Numbered from the whole stretch's first letter, positions 16,612-28,879 are shown. The stretch: 59,413 nucleotides of DNA, filler included, from Platydemus manokwari (GCA_037951405.1; 5 parts of 5 records of this genome joined end to end with filler, not necessarily neighbours in it); one strand, 5' to 3'. A program made the numbers and translations. The notes: generated by a model from the letters alone, not told the origin.

Positions 16612-18731
16612 TTGGATGCTACGGGGGAGAAGGTTGGGTTGGTGAGAGATTTTAGGAGTTCTCCCAATTTCAAAGTTGATTGGACTTGATTCGAGATTTT
16701 TTATGGTTTTACCAGTCTTTCTATTTGTGCAAATTATCGAATTTCTCTGAATTGTATAGAGGCGATCTTAAATAATCAAAATATTTGTACAATTTTATGT
16801 TCTAAATCTTATGTATTTATGTTGTCATGGTTACTGCAAAATGATCGCTAACCAAATTGAGATAATATTCATAGTTTTCGCTAAAGTTAAGAGAAAGAGT
16901 TAAAAATTAAATAAACTTGAGATTTTAAAAGTTTGTAATCAAAAAAATATAAATTTAATTTAACCTGTTACGACATATGTACCCGTAAATTCGTCATATT
17001 ATATATAATTCCTGTTGTCTAATTTATTATTTCGTTTATAAATACAGGTTAAACTGCGGGGTTTTCATTAAAATATTGTTAGATAAAATCACTTGAATAA
17101 TAAAATTTGCAAAAAAAAATTAATGGCTTGATTATAAAATCTAAAATTAGATTAACAAAAACAAGCACGTGTTGGTTTATAGATATCAATAAAATTCTTA
17201 AAATCAGCCTGGAATGTGTAGAGATTAAAAAGTAAACAATAAATGACTAATCAAAAAATTAGAAAAATATAGAAATATACAGGTTATAAAATACTATGCT
17301 AAATTAATAATTTGGTCTTGCATTTAGAATTATTCAATTCTATTAAACATAATGTTTTAATAATCACTACATTAACCGATTTGCCGTTCAATTTTTCCCG
17401 AAGAAATTAAAGTTTATTAAAATTTAAAATTCTTAGAAATTAAGAATATTTACAGTACTTTCTGTTAAAATCTGTTTGACTTCATTGGTTTTACAGAGTA
17501 AATTAAGAGATATTAGCTCCAATTAGTTTTGTTTTCGGCATTAAAACCTTTATAACAAATCAGTTCTGGTTTAATTATCACAGTGTTTGTTCTTTATTTA
17601 TTCAATATTCATAGCTTTATCACAAACCAATTTCTGAATTGAATCAATAATCCAGTTTCTCCTATTTAAGTCAACCATTATGTATAGAACTTTGAGAATT
17701 ATAACACACAATATTTACAAGCAAATCGTCAAATCATAACATTCAAATTCCGTATAAACATCTTCAAAATTCAGCTTAATTTATATAAATTTGTAGTGGT
17801 TATTTCTTAATTGAAGATTAATGATTTTAAGGATACTTTGAGAGAATTCCATCACTTTCTTGGCTTCGGGACAATTAATAATAAAAAACCAAATATTGAG
17901 ATGAATAATCATAAAATCATAGTCAGGCTTTGTTCAATTCAAATAAGAAAAACAGAATACCACAATCATTCAAAATAAAGATGAGAATGAATGGTAATTT
18001 TTTAACCAAGCTTAGATCCGAACAAATAAATAAAAAAATTATCATTAAATGTTAAATTATCATTATAAAATAAACCCAATCACCAAAGTAAAAACAAACC
18101 AAAATACAAGTGAGCATATAACATTAGATTCGGACAGAGAGATTACTGTATAAACACATTCAACATTCAAGCCTAATTCTAGCACCTTTCATCTCAAAAA
18201 ATAAAATATTAAGTTAAACATTATGTTAAACATTCCAAAGAACAGATTCTGATCAAGTTGATACACTACTAGAATTTAAAACACACCTCGTCTATTTCAA
18301 ATGTGATTAAATTTGGTTACACGAATCTATGTATACAAGGACCAGCATGATGAATATCAATACCATGAATGATTTAGCTAACAAAAGCCAATCTGACCAT
18401 CGTATCATATTATAGATGTTTATTTTTTAACTAAATTTTATACACTAAATGATTGCAAATATTAATTTGTGTAGCTATTTGTGTTATCCTACAAAATTTT
18501 CAATAAAAAGGCAATATATATTTTCACAAAATATTTTATCCTTAAAACCACATCAAAACCAACCTTTGGTTTTAATCATAGTTGCAAAAACAATAAAGAT
18601 TTGGAATGTCACACCTGTTTGTAAATATCAGGGATTCAATAGAAACTATTGAAACACTACAAAACAGACACAAGACCCAATTGGTAGCATCTTCGGATGA
18701 TTGAGATTATCCATATTTTCCGGATCAACTC

Positions 18732-21700
18732 TCATATTAGCGACTGAAACAATGAGCAAGTTCTGAAGCTGGCATCTAATTCCGGATTGCTAAATACATC
18801 TGAGAGATCGTGAACTTCCAATCTACCGTCCAAAGCCCACAAGATTAATCTGGCCCTGTTATTCGTTGAAGTTTTACTCTTAATTTCCCATTTAGAATCG
18901 GAACTAAGATCAAATCCAATATAACCAGATAAATGCTCAACGTGGACCGGTTTGTAAATATCGATTAATACATTCCATACACAGAGATTGCCCTCAATGT
19001 CAAGACTGAAAAATATAGCTGGATTACTACGAGACCATCTGAGTTGAAGAATGGGATTGTTTTGTTTGTAACAGAAAGATAATATACATCTTGATTTACT
19101 GGTGTCGAAGATTCGAATGAGACCGTCATTGTAGCCTAGATAATGCAAAAGCCAAAGTAACACTTCTTACAATAAAAATAAAGTAATTAAATATAATAAA
19201 TATAATATATAATCAAATAATAATCCATCATTCATCAGTGGACTTGGCACCCACCAGCTAACAAATAAGTTTCGAAAAATGGGTAATAATCCAATTGTGT
19301 TACAGCACCAGATTCGAAAGATTCACAATCTCCTCCTAAAGCCTTTGGATGTAGATATGATCGACCTTTAGCATTTTTCTGACTCTTACGAGTGTGCTGT
19401 AGCACATGACCATCCATGGTGCCCACAAATATTTTAGAATTACTGGCAGGATCAATTGCCATGCAGGTTACGAAAATATTCGGGATATCTCCAATACTAG
19501 ATGCCTGAATTTTTAAACAGTCAATGACATTATGTTGTGGAATATGGGTTCTACTAGGGACATCGATGCCACGACACTCAATCGATATCTAGATCCAGGT
19601 CGTAAGTTGAGATCTGTGATGGAACCAGTTGCAAGTGTCCACTGACCAGTCTGGGAAACCGCTGTTACAACCCAAATGAATAATTGAGCAAACGAATCCA
19701 ATGAAATCATCTGGTACGAGTTAGTAGATACCTGAAACATGAACCAAATCGTAGTTGCTTTAAGCCGATGTATACAAATCTACTCCGGTGGTCATTGTTT
19801 GCATTGAAACAATAGGCCCCAAGTGGGATCCATCGCTGTCATCATTAAAAACACCCGTCAAGTAAGCTGGTGGTAAATTTTTGCTTGAAAATTTGATAAG
19901 TGAATATTCTCGAAGATCCCACAGAGCTATCGCACCATTGGTAAGACCGCAAAGAACCTGAATGTGAAAAACCTGATTGACAAGTAATACAATCCAAAAA
20001 TAATCTACATGTGATGCTGCGGGATCCGGACTGAAAGTGACGCAATTTACACTCGATTGAGGATCATCAGTGAAAGGAAATGTTAGGTACATCTGTGGTT
20101 CACCTCCACAACCAGATACTTTCCAAACTGTTATCGGAGAATACATGTTAGATGAGTTTTTATCTATTTTTTCACTGGATAACTAAATAAAAACATATTT
20201 GCTAGATAATCCAACACTGATTGGAATATTATCAATAAATGCACGAATAATATAATTATATTATTTTATCTTCGAATTGCACTCATATTTTGTGATAACA
20301 TTCATTTGAAATTTATTTTTGGTTAGGGTTATAAGTAATAAGTAATAACTGAACCTAGAAATTTATAAAGGTATCAGAATCCAGTAATCTTACAGCCCGA
20401 TTTCATTTAAAAACTTTGTAGTTTACTCATCAAAACATATTCTACGTTTTTTAAAATCAAATTGAAGCAATTTGTATGAAATCTACGGTATTTTGGCTAG
20501 TTTATTTATTTATTTTATTCTTTTAAAATTATATTGTTTTAATAATAACTCGTTGAATCTCTATCAATATTTCATGTGATTATTTAACATAAAATTTTGA
20601 TCGCTTTTTATTTAATTATTTAAAATATTGAGCTAGATAAGTTATTGGTTATTGTAGATAGATTCAGTAAATTAGTAAGCTTGGTGCTTCTTAGTCGACA
20701 AGACGAAACAAGTATTTCCAAGTCTATCATCGATAATTTGACCAATAGGTATGGTTCTCCAAAATCAATTCTCAATGATAGGAGTAGAATCTTCGAGGGA
20801 AAGGAAATGAAGGAATAAGCGATACTTTTTGGAATAAAGCAAGAATTTACTTTCCCATACCAAAACCAGGAAAAAGGGACGGTCTGAGACATGGTGGCAT
20901 CAGAGATACTGGCTCGGGATAAATTAATACCTTGAAAAGAATTTATCATCAATGAAACATATCAGAGCTCAATTCAACATTTTCCTTTTGAAATATTGTT
21001 TAGACGAAGAATTAATAGCCATGGGTTACGACTAAATAAACCAAACCACCACGACTAGATCATCGAAAAAAAGGGAAAATCAGTAGTCATAAACTTAAGG
21101 AAATCCAATGCTAAAAAGGAGGTCAAAGAATTTTCGCGGTTAGAGAAGAAGTTTTACTGAAGAAAGAACCACACAAGATAAAGAAGAACGGACATAGTTA
21201 TGAAGGTCCTCATAGAATTTTGAAGCCCAAGTCAAGTGTTCCTTGATTTCCAGAGACAGCCTAAACCTCGAAGATTGAGTGGATAAAAAAGATCTCCAAA
21301 ACAACGCGAAAGAGAAGTTAGATAAATCTTAGATTTGTTTAAATATTCGAAAAAACGCGTGTGACTTTTGAAACAATGAATTTTCATGAAAACAACAGAT
21401 GTTTTACTCAATGAAATTTTTCTTTACCGACGATCGCCATTCAATGAATTAAGGCAGTGTTTTTCAAAAAGGGGTCGCGACAAATTTCATTTTCGACACT
21501 GAGAAAATATCTATCGAATTTTAAAGATCTGGAATTAGTACTGAGACCAGCCATCATTGAAATAGAGCCAAGATTTGATGTTTTATGCTAGAATATGCAA
21601 AATCGTTGTTATTTTTAAATATATTTTAATTTTTTGTTGTTAAAACAATTTATTTTATTATTTTTATTTTAGTCCCTAGGGGTTGCGAAAAAAATTGGAC

Positions 21701-24343
21701 TCGTAAAGTGGGTCGCAGCATAAAAAGTGTGAATGATACTGAATTAAAGGATCTAAAATATAAATCTATAATCAATATTTTTATACCGTTTTGGAAATAG
21801 TGACAAAAATATTGCTGTTTGCAATGGGAAATCTGGCCATGGTACAGCACATTGCTGGAGCTAAACTGTATTTATTGTACCCACTACTGATATTATGAGC
21901 CCCGTTTTTTGATGAAGTTAATTTGGTCGTCAAATCAAACGAAGCTTCTTCTTCAATGACACACTCCATCAAAGTGAGAATTTGTAGGAGAGAAGCTCGT
22001 GGGATATCTGATTCATTCAATATATCTGAGAGTTTTTTGTCGTCCAAATTGTTTTGTTCAGTTCGTGCATTATATCCACTGGAATCAACTGGAACAATGA
22101 TTTATCAGTGGATCATTTAAATATTTACTCACAAACAACTTTCACACTCCCCTCATCGTCTAAAGGTGGATTTTGAGTCCATACTATTCTCTCTTCAATT
22201 GGTTCCGTCTGACTTTCTCTAGATACATTATCGTCACCTGTTTGACAGCCTTCTTGCTGACAACCTTCTTTACCGAAAAGTCTCATATATTGACCATGTT
22301 CTAGCACAGGAGCCATCTCAAAGATATCATAATCAACCTAAATAAAGTTGATTTATTCACATGTTGATAGCTCACATTTTAATTATAATATCGACTAATT
22401 GAGCTGATTTAATACATGCTCTGGTTGAATAGATTTTAGAACGAGGATTTTGCGATCTATGGATATCGTCATCATAAAAATTTATACATGAAACCATTCA
22501 CAGTAAGTCGCTCGAGAGAATTGAATGAACTCATTTCGTACAATATTCAAGAGGTTAATTTAGAAAATTTACAATAATTGTAATAATTTATTTAAAATAG
22601 CTCTAAGGGTTTAACATTATTTGATAATTTCTTTAATTATTTTAAATCAACTACAAGTTAACGGTGCTAAACGGTTTCCATGGTGCATAAAATCAAATAA
22701 TAATCGAGTTCCATAATCAATATCAAACAACGTTTCTCTACAGGCGCAAGTAGTCATTAGCAACAATAGAATATCTGTTTCGCTGTTACTCGACTTTAAC
22801 AAAATCGATTCTGATTGTTTACAATATTTAAATTATATCTGAATTTTGACTTATCATTTGATTGGATCATTGTTAATTTAATAAATCGAACATCTCCTCG
22901 AGTCAGAAATAAATTCATTTCACTAAAATCATTGAAATCAAACAAATAAATTTAACAAACCTATCATCTAAATCAATTAAAACAATATTCATTCCACATA
23001 CTCGATCCAAATCGATCAGTCGAGATAGATCATAAGCTCTGGATAGCATTTTATTAGCGACGAGATCATGTGAATATTTTTTCTGAGCAAACTTGAAATT
23101 GATAAACGAACTGTGAATTTGTCCGATTTTGCTTGGTTGTGCAATTGGCTTAACAGGTTGAACCGGAAGCTGAGCAGGTGGTAAATTTTTGGATGATTGA
23201 GTGCTGGACGAACTTTCGCTGGGTTCCTATGTGATTGATAATGATATATATGTATGTCATTGCTAATCAATCTACTTGTTCGGCAGATGGATTTGATTGA
23301 GAACCATCTTCATCTTCAAAGTCCTCATCGTCATAGTTATCAAAATCATCTTCGTAAATCACGTCAACTTCATTTTTCTTATGATGTGTCGACAGCATGT
23401 TTGAGGACCCAGTTAAATCTTTTTCAGCTAACAAATCGTCGGTTGGTTCTCTAACCTTTTCTCTATGATGCCTACGCTTCTCATTATGTTCACTATCTCC
23501 TCCTGGTCTTGTTTTTAATTTCTCGTACTCATTCTCATTTCTCGATTGCTCAGTCATTTGTTTAGAAACAACTGAATTTCTAGAAATTTCAGATTTTTCT
23601 TTACTTCTTTTTTTCTCGTCTCCCACATCACCCTTATCTGATATATGTTTTCGTTTCTCTGATTCCCTGTCTTTGTCATGTCTTGGTTTTGAACTATATT
23701 CTTCAAATTTCTCTGGTCTGAATTTCGACTTTTCGTGATTGTCGTTGACAGATGACTTGATTCTGGTTTTTTCATTTTCCTCTTTATGCCGCCTTCTTTC
23801 AGCTTGATCCGAGGTTTTATCAGTTCTATGTCTTCTTTCATCTTGTTCTGAATTTTTATCAGACTTATGTCTTCTTTCAGCTTGATCCAAGTTTTTATCA
23901 GTTCTATGTCTTCTTTCATCTTGAGCCAAGTTTTTATCAGTTCTATGTCTTCTTTCATCATGATCCGAATTTTTATCAGTCCTATGTCTTCTTTCAACTT
24001 GATCCGAATTTCTATCAGTTCGATGCCTTCTTTCTTTATCTGCATCTTTCGTTTTATATGCATTTTTAACTTCATTAAACTTGTTATCATATTCCTCATT
24101 TATATTTTTTTCTAATCTTTCTTTTCTGAGTTTATCACTATGATGTTTTGACTTTGATTCTGATTTTGGTAATTCTTTATTCATATCAATTTTTCTTTTA
24201 TCAGAAAACTCCTTTCGATCTACATTATCTTTAGATTTGATTTTCTTACCATCTTTATCTAACAATTCAGTATCTTCATTGGTAGTAGATTTATGTTTTA
24301 GTGAAAATTCTTTACTAGAATGCTTGCGTTCTCTTGAACTCAT
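18732..24343 (-). CDS. DYNC2I1: Dynein-2 intermediate chain WDR60/DYNC2I1 (WD40)
   Basis: Nine exons: 24343-23276, 23226-23002, 22337-22133, 22088-21787, 20182-20009, 19957-19784, 19731-19555, 19504-19255, 19135-18732. It has a charged N-terminus, WDR60-like motifs RLIDLD...APV...YMRLFGK...DNVSRESQTEPIEERIVWTQNP, and WD repeats (GAIALWDLRE, DLNLRPGSR, WSRSNPAIFFSLD). All junctions are GT-AG and in phase. Confidence 0.92.
20620..21410 (+). mobile_element. Ty3/gypsy fragment (integrase core plus 3' terminal repeat) inside a WDR60 intron
   Basis: Nucleotide similarity to the reverse complement of 4160-4950. Frames include IVDRFSKLVSLV...YGSPKSILNDR. Confidence 0.85.
21455..21741. mobile_element. 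hAT (Buster/Charlie-type) MITE, 287 bp
   Basis: Starts CAGTGTTTTTCAAA...GGGGTCGCGA and ends GGGTCGCAGCATAAAAAGTGTGAATGATACTG. The flanking 8-mers aattaagg and aattaaag match at 7/8 with a central TA. Confidence 0.8.
23786..24034 (-). repeat. 39-bp coding tandem repeat, about 6.4 copies (ERRHRTDKNxxQx)
   Basis: Six consecutive 13-aa units in the first coding exon of WDR60. Confidence 0.95.
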
Positions 24344-24857
24344 TAAAATGCACCCTGAATTTAAAGAATTTATACTAAATTATTTTTTAAATTAAATTAT
24401 ATTTTGATAGTATTTTTTAAATTAAATAAATTTTTTTTACATAAAATATACTTAAACATGATTGATTTAAAAATAGTTAATATAAACTTAAGGTAAAATT
24501 AAATAATTAAAAGTTACCTTAGTGAATATAGCGAAACTAGAATAAATATATTAGCTCATTTAAACAAATCAAATACTTTGAAAATCAAAGACAAAAACTA
24601 AATAATTTTATATTCCACAACACAATTATTAATTATTCACGATTTTGTCAAAATACATAAAAGGAATGCAACTTCAAATATACAAAAAATTAATCACAAA
24701 TTTTGATATATTGAACACCGATGTAACAAAGACAAGACATTCATAAAATGTTTCTAAAATATGTCAACAAATGAATAATAGCGAGATGAATTTAAAATTA
24801 TGAACTTATTGCGTAAAGGCAAACTATTCTGGGATGTCAAGCATTTTTAATATTACA

Positions 24858-26130
24858 TCATTTATTTTTTAGGTCAACAGGTACTCTTTTAGTGATACGA
24901 CCACAACATATACCAAGCAAGATTAGTGCTAAAATTATCAACCCAAGCATTGAAAAAAGATAAGTTCGCATCGAACTTTGATTGACTTGTAATACAAGAT
25001 CTTGTAACGATTGTGGCTCGATATTAGAAGCAAGAGACCACATTTCTCGACGCTCTTTTATCATCGAAAGGCATTTTGAATCCAATAATGCAGACCCTTT
25101 CTTATCATCAGCAAAATAAAGTAAGCAGCTCATCTTTCTACCATTTCCAAAATCCTCGGTTCTACATAATTTCATGATTGCATCTTCACAAGCTTCAAAC
25201 AATTGAGAATCCACATGAACATCAGCCTGACCTTCTTTCAATAATCGATTTATCTAAATATTAACCGAGTATCAATCATAAAAAATTATTTTAATTCCCA
25301 GCTCCGTTGAAATAAACAATAGATAAATTACTTCATGAGCACATTCGGGTTCATTAATTTTCCTTAAGAGGAATTTATGCTTCAGACAATCATGAACACT
25401 TCCTAAAGACATGTCGAATTGATTCGTATACTCTTTATTACAATGTTTGGTGATCATCGACATGCATTTTTTACGGAGAATCGGATCGAGTCTTAGATAA
25501 GCATTAGCTTCGACAATAATCTGAATAAATATTTATTCCAAATACGTTAACAAAAATGATATTGTGCAATATGCTAAATGTTAGAAATATTTGCACAACC
25601 ACTACAATTCATGTTACAACTAAATATTATATTACCTATAAACACAGCAAACATATTCACAAATTAACATGTTCGATTTATTATTATTATTATTTGGATT
25701 ATTTTCAGTCGTTAATATTTGATATTATTTCTTGGTAAAAAGTGTTCTCATGACGATATTACTCAATTCTGTCTCAGAAATAAATGGAATAAATTTGCAA
25801 TTTTGGTAACTCTAACCCAGAATAACACAAAGCAGTGCTTTGTAGATTTTCGAAAATTCACTCTTAAATCGAAAAATAATCGATTTTGTAAAACGTAAGC
25901 AAACATCGTAAGATTCATAGATTGAACAAATTTCGAGATATTGAAAACTGCGGTACCAAATAAAATATAATATTGAATAAACCTTTAACACTCTATCCCG
26001 ACAAGCAGGTCGAAGTTTGTGACTGTCATTTGAAAACGTTTCTTTGAGACATTGAATTATCACGCCTTCAAATTCCACTCCGGTAACAGGTTCCAACTGC
26101 TCACGGCCACAATATGTTTTAATGTCTTCT
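24858..26130 (-). CDS. GLG1: Golgi apparatus protein 1 (cysteine-rich FGF receptor), 3' exons only
   Basis: Exons: 26130-25983, 25520-25332, 25253-24858. Cys-rich GLG1 repeats (IIQCLK, LDPILRKKC, LFEACEDAI...C), a TM segment, and the cytoplasmic tail GRITKRVPVDLKNK. Confidence 0.93.
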
Positions 26131-26367
26131 CTAAAATATGATCGGTGATAAGTAAATTTTAACAGTTTATCAGTTTTATCATTTTATCAGTTAAATCAGA
26201 TACATGAAGGTTAAAGTCTAAATAAACATGATCGTTTGTAAAAATTTTGAAGAAAACTATGAATTTTCTATTTTGAAATTTATTTTTATATTCTAAATAT
26301 AAATATTTTCTCATATTATTCTTATTTCTCCATGAAAACATTAAAAAATATTTAACTCCAACGTAGT

Positions 26368-26467
26368 NNNNNNNNNNNNNNNNNNNNNNNNNNNNNNNNN
26401 NNNNNNNNNNNTTAATTAATTAANNNNNNNNNNNNNNNNNNNNNNNNNNNNNNNNNNNNNNNNNNNN
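26368..26467. other. Assembly gap spacer
   Basis: N-run with central TTAATTAATTAA. Confidence 0.97.
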
Positions 26468-27136
26468 CATTATCTATTAACAAGAAATGAAGAATTGTAG
26501 AATTATGATTGAATAATAATATATCCATAATGGAATCATTAGATTAATAGGATTTCAATTCTCATTTTCAATTCTTTTTATATAATAATTTTTATTATAA
26601 ATATTCACATATCGATAATTTAACCTCAATCGATAATCTAAGTGAAAAATCAATATGTTAATGAAATTATATATTTGTCATTACCAATTCCAATTTTAAA
26701 TTCGTTAGCCTTTTTGAATATTTTTACTTTCTTCGTCAATTCGCGGGATAATCGATATTTATTTATTAATTTATTTAAAAGAAAATATAACTGATAATTT
26801 AACTCGAACATATCGAACTGGAAACAGATTTTGTTCGATTTAATTATAATCTTTATAATTCTCGTTCCAGCAGTTAATTCACCATCAAATTTAGACACCA
26901 ATATTAATAAATATATTTGACAGGACAACATAACAACTGAGGTGTAAATTTTAGAAGTTGTAGCTCATGTTAGCACACAAAACATATTAAGAGAAACTCA
27001 ACTGAAAATCGATAATATCACAAAATAAAATATTGGAAAATTATTTATTCAATAAAATATCGCTACTATTTTTGTTTGTTTCTCTCTTATATTATTTTTA
27101 CAACATCGGGAAACAGTGATTGAACGATTGTGTTAT

Positions 27137-27571
27137 TCACAACAATTCTATACTGGACAAAGCTAATTTTTGCATTCCTGATTCTGTAGTACTGGTACAA
27201 CCGACTCCTCGATCATTGAAATCATTCATAAAACTCATTAATCTGAGAGCTACATGTGATGGATTAAATGCAGCACTCCATGATTCTGAATGATAATTGG
27301 TGTATGAAAAACATAATGATGTTTCTGTTTCGAAACGACCACTGGGATTTATCATGACAACAGTTGGAGGATTGAATGGATAATTTATTGGTAGCTGTAT
27401 TCTACTAAAATAAAATCCACCTTGAAAAGGTGTTCCTTCTGATCCCTCGATAATATAATACCATGTGAGCATATTTTCAGGATCGTATTCCATATGTATT
27501 TTAGGAATTGGATTTTCTTTAATATATTTAATATCTCTCATTAATCGATTCCTTTTCTTTATATCCAACAT
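27137..27571 (-). CDS. UBE2J2: Intronless divergent ubiquitin-conjugating enzyme, UBE2J2/Ubc6-like (possible retrocopy or pseudogene)
   Basis: Motifs WYYIIEG.EGTPFQGGFY, YPFNPP, PSGRF..ETSLCFS (catalytic Cys) and LMSFM. No C-terminal TM anchor. Homology appears to continue past the TGA. Confidence 0.8.
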   Translation of the reverse strand: MLDIKKRNRLMRDIKYIKENPIPKIHMEYDPENMLTWYYIIEGSEGTPFQGGFYFSRIQLPINYPFNPPTVVMINPSGRFETETSLCFSYTNYHSESWSAAFNPSHVALRLMSFMNDFNDRGVGCTSTTESGMQKLALSSIELL

Positions 27572-28235
27572 TGTCAATATCGTTTTGTTTTAATATAAAT
27601 ACGATAATTTAAACAAAATAATGAGTATATTAAAATAATAAATCAATTATTTAATTTATTAAAATTCTTTCAAAAAATTGTTCATCTCAAAGAGATGACT
27701 TGGAAATTGAATATCTCGATTTCAAATGCTAAATACTCTCATTGTCTGATGTATGGAAATGGAAGTGATAGCTTTGAATGTACAATAGCGTAATCAATCA
27801 TATTTAATCAATACTTCATTGTTACTCCTCATCCTTTCCGTTATTATTTTTCTTCATATTTTAATTTTTACATCGCTATCATTATAAAATACAAATAAAT
27901 CATTTCATTTTCTCCCCATAATTGTTCCTTATCATTGTTCCTTTTTAATACAAAATAATTCGTATTAATATTATTAACAGCTACCAATTAAATGAAAAAC
28001 AACATTTTTATTTCCGTTTTAAAGAGTTCAAAATTACGTTGAGATTTATTTGAATGAAAAATACTTATTTCAGCACAATTTTTAAGCAAATGAGAGCGTT
28101 ATTTTCAGTAAGAAATTTTTTCTGCATTTTTATTAAATTAAATAAAATTAAAAATTATATTAATTAATTAATTGAATTAATAAGTATTAATTAAATTTAA
28201 TTAATTTACATAAATGAATTTTCACATTAGTTTAG

Positions 28236-28560
28236 AGAAATCGGATGTGGAGAAAGAACACAATGCCAAGTGGTGATAGTTGTTTACGAATCAACCTGAA
28301 TCGAAATTTCGATGCAGATTTCGGAAGTTTGATGACGACATTTTCAATAAAATTTAAGATTGTTTCTTCGGATACGGAGTCATTCCAGATCCTTGTGACA
28401 TGACGTATCCGGGAGACCGACCATTTTCAGCACCAGAAACACGAGTTTTCAGAGATTTTCTTCTTACAATAAAAGATGAAGTGAAATTATTTATCTCGTT
28501 CCACGCCTTTTCTCAACTTGGGCGTATACGACGAATCTTCCCGCGATAATGCTGAATCCG
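28236..28560 (+). pseudogene. M14A zinc carboxypeptidase (CPA/CPB-like) pseudogene fragment
   Basis: Reads NRMWRKNT...INLNRNFDADFG, then a 32-nt GT-AG intron (28327-28358), then DPCDMTYPGDRPFSAPETR...LFISFHAFSQL, then a frameshift to WAYTT and a stop. It is absent from the ORF track. Confidence 0.8.
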
Positions 28561-28879
28561 TATAAATTAATATTGCATTGTTCAAAAATATTTGGATATT
28601 GTAATTAGACGAAAGTATATAATCAGATGGTGAACGCAATTTACAACAAGAGTGCCGAAATATATCAGCCAAAGCTACTATGTACATTGATATTTCAAAA
28701 CTATACCAGAACGAGCATCAAGAATATATGGAAGGAACTGTTTTGTTTGAACATAGATAACCGGTTTCTAAGAGATAAAATTCATTGAATATAAATATAA
28801 AAATCTTCACGATGCAGTGGCACAGGTTCTCACATCTTTTTTGAAATTGATTAATCCTTTGATACGTCCGGTAAGTTTG

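Noticed and set aside
23786-24034. CRISPR-like periodicity
   Set aside because: No unique spacers; it is an in-frame coding repeat in a eukaryotic gene.
23554-24115. Overlapping ORFs (181 aa minus, 82 aa plus) with periodic sequence
   Set aside because: Shadow frames of the 39-bp WDR60 repeat.
24513-24526. X-box-like GTTACCTTAGTGAA upstream of WDR60
   Set aside because: Better explained as a minus-strand splice donor (aag|gtaact), and the right half-site is imperfect.
16609-27139. Alternative genetic code suggested by in-frame TAG and TGA
   Set aside because: Only one case of each; TGA clearly terminates WDR60, GLG1 and PHETA, and conserved exons have no internal stops.
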